DNA of 64,000 nucleotides from Rotaria sp. (Eukaryota): NCBI GenBank assembly GCA_905250055.1, contig CAJNOF010000042.1, positions 365,805 to 429,804 of the forward strand, read 5' to 3'. Shown piece by piece: positions 59,975 to 64,000 of this stretch (position 1 is its first letter; each line of letters starts with the position of its first letter). The notes under the pieces were generated by a model. It saw only the letters and a program-made list of their open reading frames with translations, ran no database searches and was not told where the DNA came from. The position numbers and the translations under genes were made by a program.

Positions 59975-62900
59975 TCAAAAACGAGTAACTAGTGGTGGTG
60001 TTGGAAATGGGACTGATATTGGTGGTTTGAATTTTTCATCCAATAATTTTTTCTTTTCTTGATATTCAAGTATTGCCAATTGTTTCCAACTATCTATAAG
60101 TATTTGTGCACTGTATTCGATCTCTTCTTGATCTTTCATGGAATCGAGTAAGCCACGATGTCTACCCATGCACATAACAAGTATGATCACAACTTTGCTT
60201 GGTGAGCTGAGAACAGAGACAAGACTCGGCATTCCTTTCGCCAATCCCATTGAAAGGCCACATCCACCAAAAGCACTCATCACTTCGAATATCACACGGA
60301 GTACTGTAATAGTTGGATCATTAGGTGTCATACGAGGCGATTCAAAACTGCAAATAAGAAAGATAAAAATAAATAGCCATGCTCGAGTCGATATAAGAAG
60401 ACTGAAGAAACTGAGAATGACATGTCGACAGAAAATGATCAAAAAGAGTTTCATACGAAGTAGAGATATATGAATATTGCTTTGATTGAATTCTTCATTT
60501 CGATTTCTTATATAACCCAGATCAGCGGATACAATACTCAAACGATGTTGATTTCGTTTGTCATTCAGTTCCTCAAGAGCTGCTTCAACACGATTGAGAG
60601 AAATCGTTGAAGCAAAATATCTATTTGCTTGAGCTTTAGTAATCGAGCCTTTTCGCAAAAGATAATTTTGCATTCGATTAAATGGTAAGAAAACTTTAAA
60701 GTTGGCATTTTGGCTACCATTCGATACGTTATTTTCTAATGTTTGTTGCGTTTGCAAAAGAATCCATTCCATTTCAAAGGGCGTTTCATCAATTGCACAC
60801 AACTAAAAAGGAGAAAATGGTTATGTGTTATGTGTCGGAAAAAATTGTCGTGACACTTCGAAAGAATAAAAATGTCAATGCAACAGGGTAGTTTCAATCG
60901 TGAAAAAGAACGAAATTTTCGCCTTATTCATTAGTACTATCAGGTTAAGTTTAACCCATCTGAGTACAAAGATCTATGAAAAATGACCAACAACTATACG
61001 TTCCTCTGCTGAAGAGCGAACTTATTCGAAGCTAACAAAGAATACAATTCAATAGAAAAATATTGACAGGCAAATTAAGGGTTGTTACTAATGTCGGATT
61101 TATTTTTAACAATAACAACGATCATTTTTTATGTGTAGAATTCATTATTTTCGAATAGTTTTCAGATTGATACTATTTTCGTTACTGATTGTCATTAGTT
61201 TATAGAGCAACTTCAAGTAAAACTAAACCAAATTTAGTACAAAATCGTCCTTTTCCTATGGAAGATTATCATTTTTTTTAATAAAATTCTGTTAAAATGG
61301 TGTCAAATAGATAATAAGATCATATGAAAATTCTCTAATGATTTCGATCCGTAAAAGTTCAACTGTAATTCATAATCATATTTGACAAAAGAACAGTAAA
61401 CGTACCATTTGAGGCTTGATACCCATCAAGAGAATAAAAATAATCAAAGTTCCCGCAGAAAGTACGCTTATATCGATTGTTGCATAACCTTTCACAACAA
61501 AAACAAAAATAAGTGTACATTTTTCCACTAAAATATACTAATCACTCAGTACCTCCAAAACGAGTGTTCACTGTCTGAAGCATAAATATCATGAATCGTT
61601 GACCTTGGCTATATATCACCAATGCATCGTTATGAAAATCGTTCACCAAACACACTGCTACACCAACTGAAATAATGAAAAAAAACAATAAGTTAAACTA
61701 TTCGACAATATGATCACTGACGTATCTGTAACAAAACGGTAATAGTAACATAGAGTCGTGTTTGAACAGATGGATATATCACAGTAGATAGCCGATGATT
61801 ATTCAATAAGATATAATCAAAATAGATCTTATGTCGCCAACTGAAAATAGTAATATTTTAATTAGCTATTTTAAAATTTAATGTGAAGGAGGAATCAGTA
61901 AAAATACTTACGGTACCATATATTTGAGTAATTCGACAATTCCATGAAGAATGGCCGGAAATAAAGATGTACCAGACATGACAATAAGCATGATGATTAT
62001 GTTCATGAAGACATCCGTGACAAAACGTGACATACCGCCTTTCCTAGAAACACTTTTCTTTTATACAAAAGATCTGTCAACAAGTATAAATTTCTGACAA
62101 AAAAATTATTCAAACTCTATCACTTTTGAAACTATGTATATAGACACATAGAATAAAATATTAAATACGATACCATAGTGAAAGGCCATTTTGATTGAAA
62201 CCGGTCAGAGTGATGACAATTGAAGCATAGAACGGATCCACTGTTCTGTTGTCTTGACGTAAAAATTGTGGATCATAATGATATTTAAGCCACATACTAA
62301 TGGTAAGAAATGAGATAAGATAAATAGCGAAACAAGTCGAAAGAATGAGAATAATTAGGATGATATATGCTGTAGTACGAAGATCTTTTGGACTAGGCAG
62401 TAATCGAAGACGTTGGTCCAATATGGGATCAGTAGAATTGATTCGAACAAGTTTTGTAATTGGTAAGCTATTGTCATTGATAGTCGATGAAAGTGTTTCT
62501 TCATCAGGTGTTATTTCGCGTTTGACTCGATAAATCTTGATGAAAATAGCAGGAAGTGTACTGACCGTAATGCCTGTATGATAAACACACAGAAAAATCA
62601 TAGATGATCTGTTTTGATTAAAAGTTTCGTTTCTTTTCTATCATTTTTGTCCTATTACCTGAAATTACAGTAAAAATAAGTAATACAATTTGTGATGCTA
62701 GACTGTATGATCCAAAATCGTAAGTTTCCAATCCACATGTAAATACACATGTTGCACTCGAAAACCAACAATCGAGATAGGATACACGTTGTTGTTCAAT
62801 GTTCCAAATGATGACGCCGCACAAAAGTGTATTGCAGAAAAATACCGATAGATGTATGTAAAAATAATGTCGCATACGCCATTCATAATTATCCCAAAAT

Positions 62901-63049
62901 TTTCTCCATTTTGAACACCAAATGCCTAATGGAATGACGGCATCAGCAGTAGCATTGATCATATTGATCTCTGCTTGAACCATACTGCGTTCAGTTTCAG
63001 TCACAGATGTAACCGATGGTTTTCGATCAAAGCCGAAATTATTCATCAT
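59975..63049 (-). CDS. Trk/Ktr/HKT-superfamily cation (K+/Na+) transporter-like gene, at least 6 exons. Approximate exons: 62639-63049; 62161-62553 (ends before the stop at an internal donor around 62176); about 61905-62030; about 61560-61674; about 61406-61486; 59975-60802. Several boundaries are uncertain.
   Basis: Four M1-P-M2 units are recognisable. Unit A is ..YFYIHLSVFFCNTLLCGVIIW..LDCWFSSATCVFTCGLETYDFGSYSLASQIVLLIFTVISG|GITVSTLPAIFIKI (compare TrkH/HKT F.sVSA.TvTGL..vD...ls...Q.vl..LM.iGG.sgSTaGGiKv). Unit B is ..FYASIVITLTGFNQNGLSLW|KGGMSRFVTDVFMNIIIMLIVMSG... Unit C is ..QGQRFMIFMLQTVNTRFGG|YATIDISVLSAGTLIIFILLMGIKPQM. Unit D is ..VIFEVMSAFGGCGLSMGLAKGMPSLVSVLSSPSKVVIILVMCMGRHRGL (compare ..FEvvSAfgTvGLS.G....ls...K.vli..M..GR...l). 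The exon 3 to exon 4 junction could not be resolved with canonical GT..AG. Confidence 0.6.
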
Positions 63050-64000
63050 TCAGATAATGACTTTTTGTTTGTCTAACTTATGTCGTTATCGCAGTAGCGG
63101 AAACTTGAAATGAAATATTTTACTTTTCACCTTCAATTGCTTCCTTAGTGATTCTTTTATTTATCTTGATTCTCTTTTCTAAACGTAATTTACTCTTACA
63201 ATAATAAATCACTTCTGCATTCTATCATTATTTTTTAGAAAAACAAATACAAATACACTTCACAGTATTTGCGTGCAATATTTTTTCACCTAAGGCTATA
63301 TACTAACAACATTCATGATCAACTGAAATACGCAATTCATATTCATTTCTTTTCATCTAATTAAGAAAACTTGATTATTATTGTGAATGAATAACAAATC
63401 TTGTTTTTGCTTAGTGATACGATTGTAGAATTATAATAAACTCTTTGCTTCAAGTCTAATAACATTCGCGATCCTAAATTTATTATTCAACAAAGTGTTG
63501 CGAAAGAACAACAGCATTCATTACAGGTTATTAGAAGGGCCATAACTAATTAATATTTTTAGTATATTACTTTTTCTTGTTTCTTTACATTTTGCTACAA
63601 TGACAATCATTTGATGAAGACAGTCTCTCACGCTTTTACCTTTAGAAAATAAATGTAGCACGAGTTAAATTGAATTAGAATGATTTTACAAATGGACATG
63701 TTCGATTAAACAAATAACGATGTTGCCAGTCTAAATTCATATGACTACATCATACCATTTGATAGACAAATTCATAACTATAGTGACTGTAAATTCATTT
63801 TGCAAAATTTTTTCACTTAAACATATGTATAAATAAAGAATTTTTTTTCGAACACTCTCCACTGATTGTTCAACACACAACTACACATACACGAATATGT
63901 CTCGGATATTTATACATTTTATATTTATTTACAATTTAGAATTTTACCAAAACAGTGTTTAATTATTTGTGATCATGATGAAAAAATCGAGGACAACTAT

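Noticed and set aside
1-64000. Prokaryotic genomic-island interpretation (operons, RBS, terminators)
   Set aside because: Multiple genes only make sense after removing 50-60-nt GT..AG introns (HGSNAT, APLF, RDH, GST, DGK). Coding density is low and the gene content (HGSNAT, APLF, DGK with C1 domains) is metazoan.

Overview
This window reads as AT-rich eukaryotic (metazoan-type) nuclear DNA, not prokaryotic. Several multi-exon genes have canonical GT..AG introns of about 50-60 nt and no bacterial gene-dense organisation. It also carries degenerate (TGTGGG)n / (CCCACA)n tracts, which I recall as the telomeric repeat reported for bdelloid rotifers. Together with the short introns, AT richness and several intronless foreign-looking genes, this makes a bdelloid-rotifer-like subtelomeric region my working hypothesis; that is an inference, not a database result. 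The window has two compartments. Positions 1 to about 35 kb are transposon-rich (foldback/MITE elements, a mariner-like transposase relic, telomeric-repeat fragments). This compartment carries mostly intronless genes with bacterial/toxin-like domain content. These are a frameshifted ART-family ADP-ribosyltransferase with adjacent MORN-repeat fragments, a Thr-rich LamG_3/ConA-like lectin, an NHL-repeat protein with an in-frame TAG, and a 703-aa secreted S9 serine peptidase. Positions about 38 to 63 kb hold ordinary intron-containing metazoan genes: a retinol-dehydrogenase-like SDR, GST, HGSNAT, an APLF-like FHA-KBM-2xPBZ factor and a diacylglycerol kinase. They are followed by a multi-exon Trk/Ktr/HKT-superfamily cation transporter, a family not normally found in animals. 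The ORF track appears to allow non-ATG starts such as TTG, so the leading 'M' of a listed ORF is not always a real methionine. I saw no rRNA, tRNA or CRISPR array.
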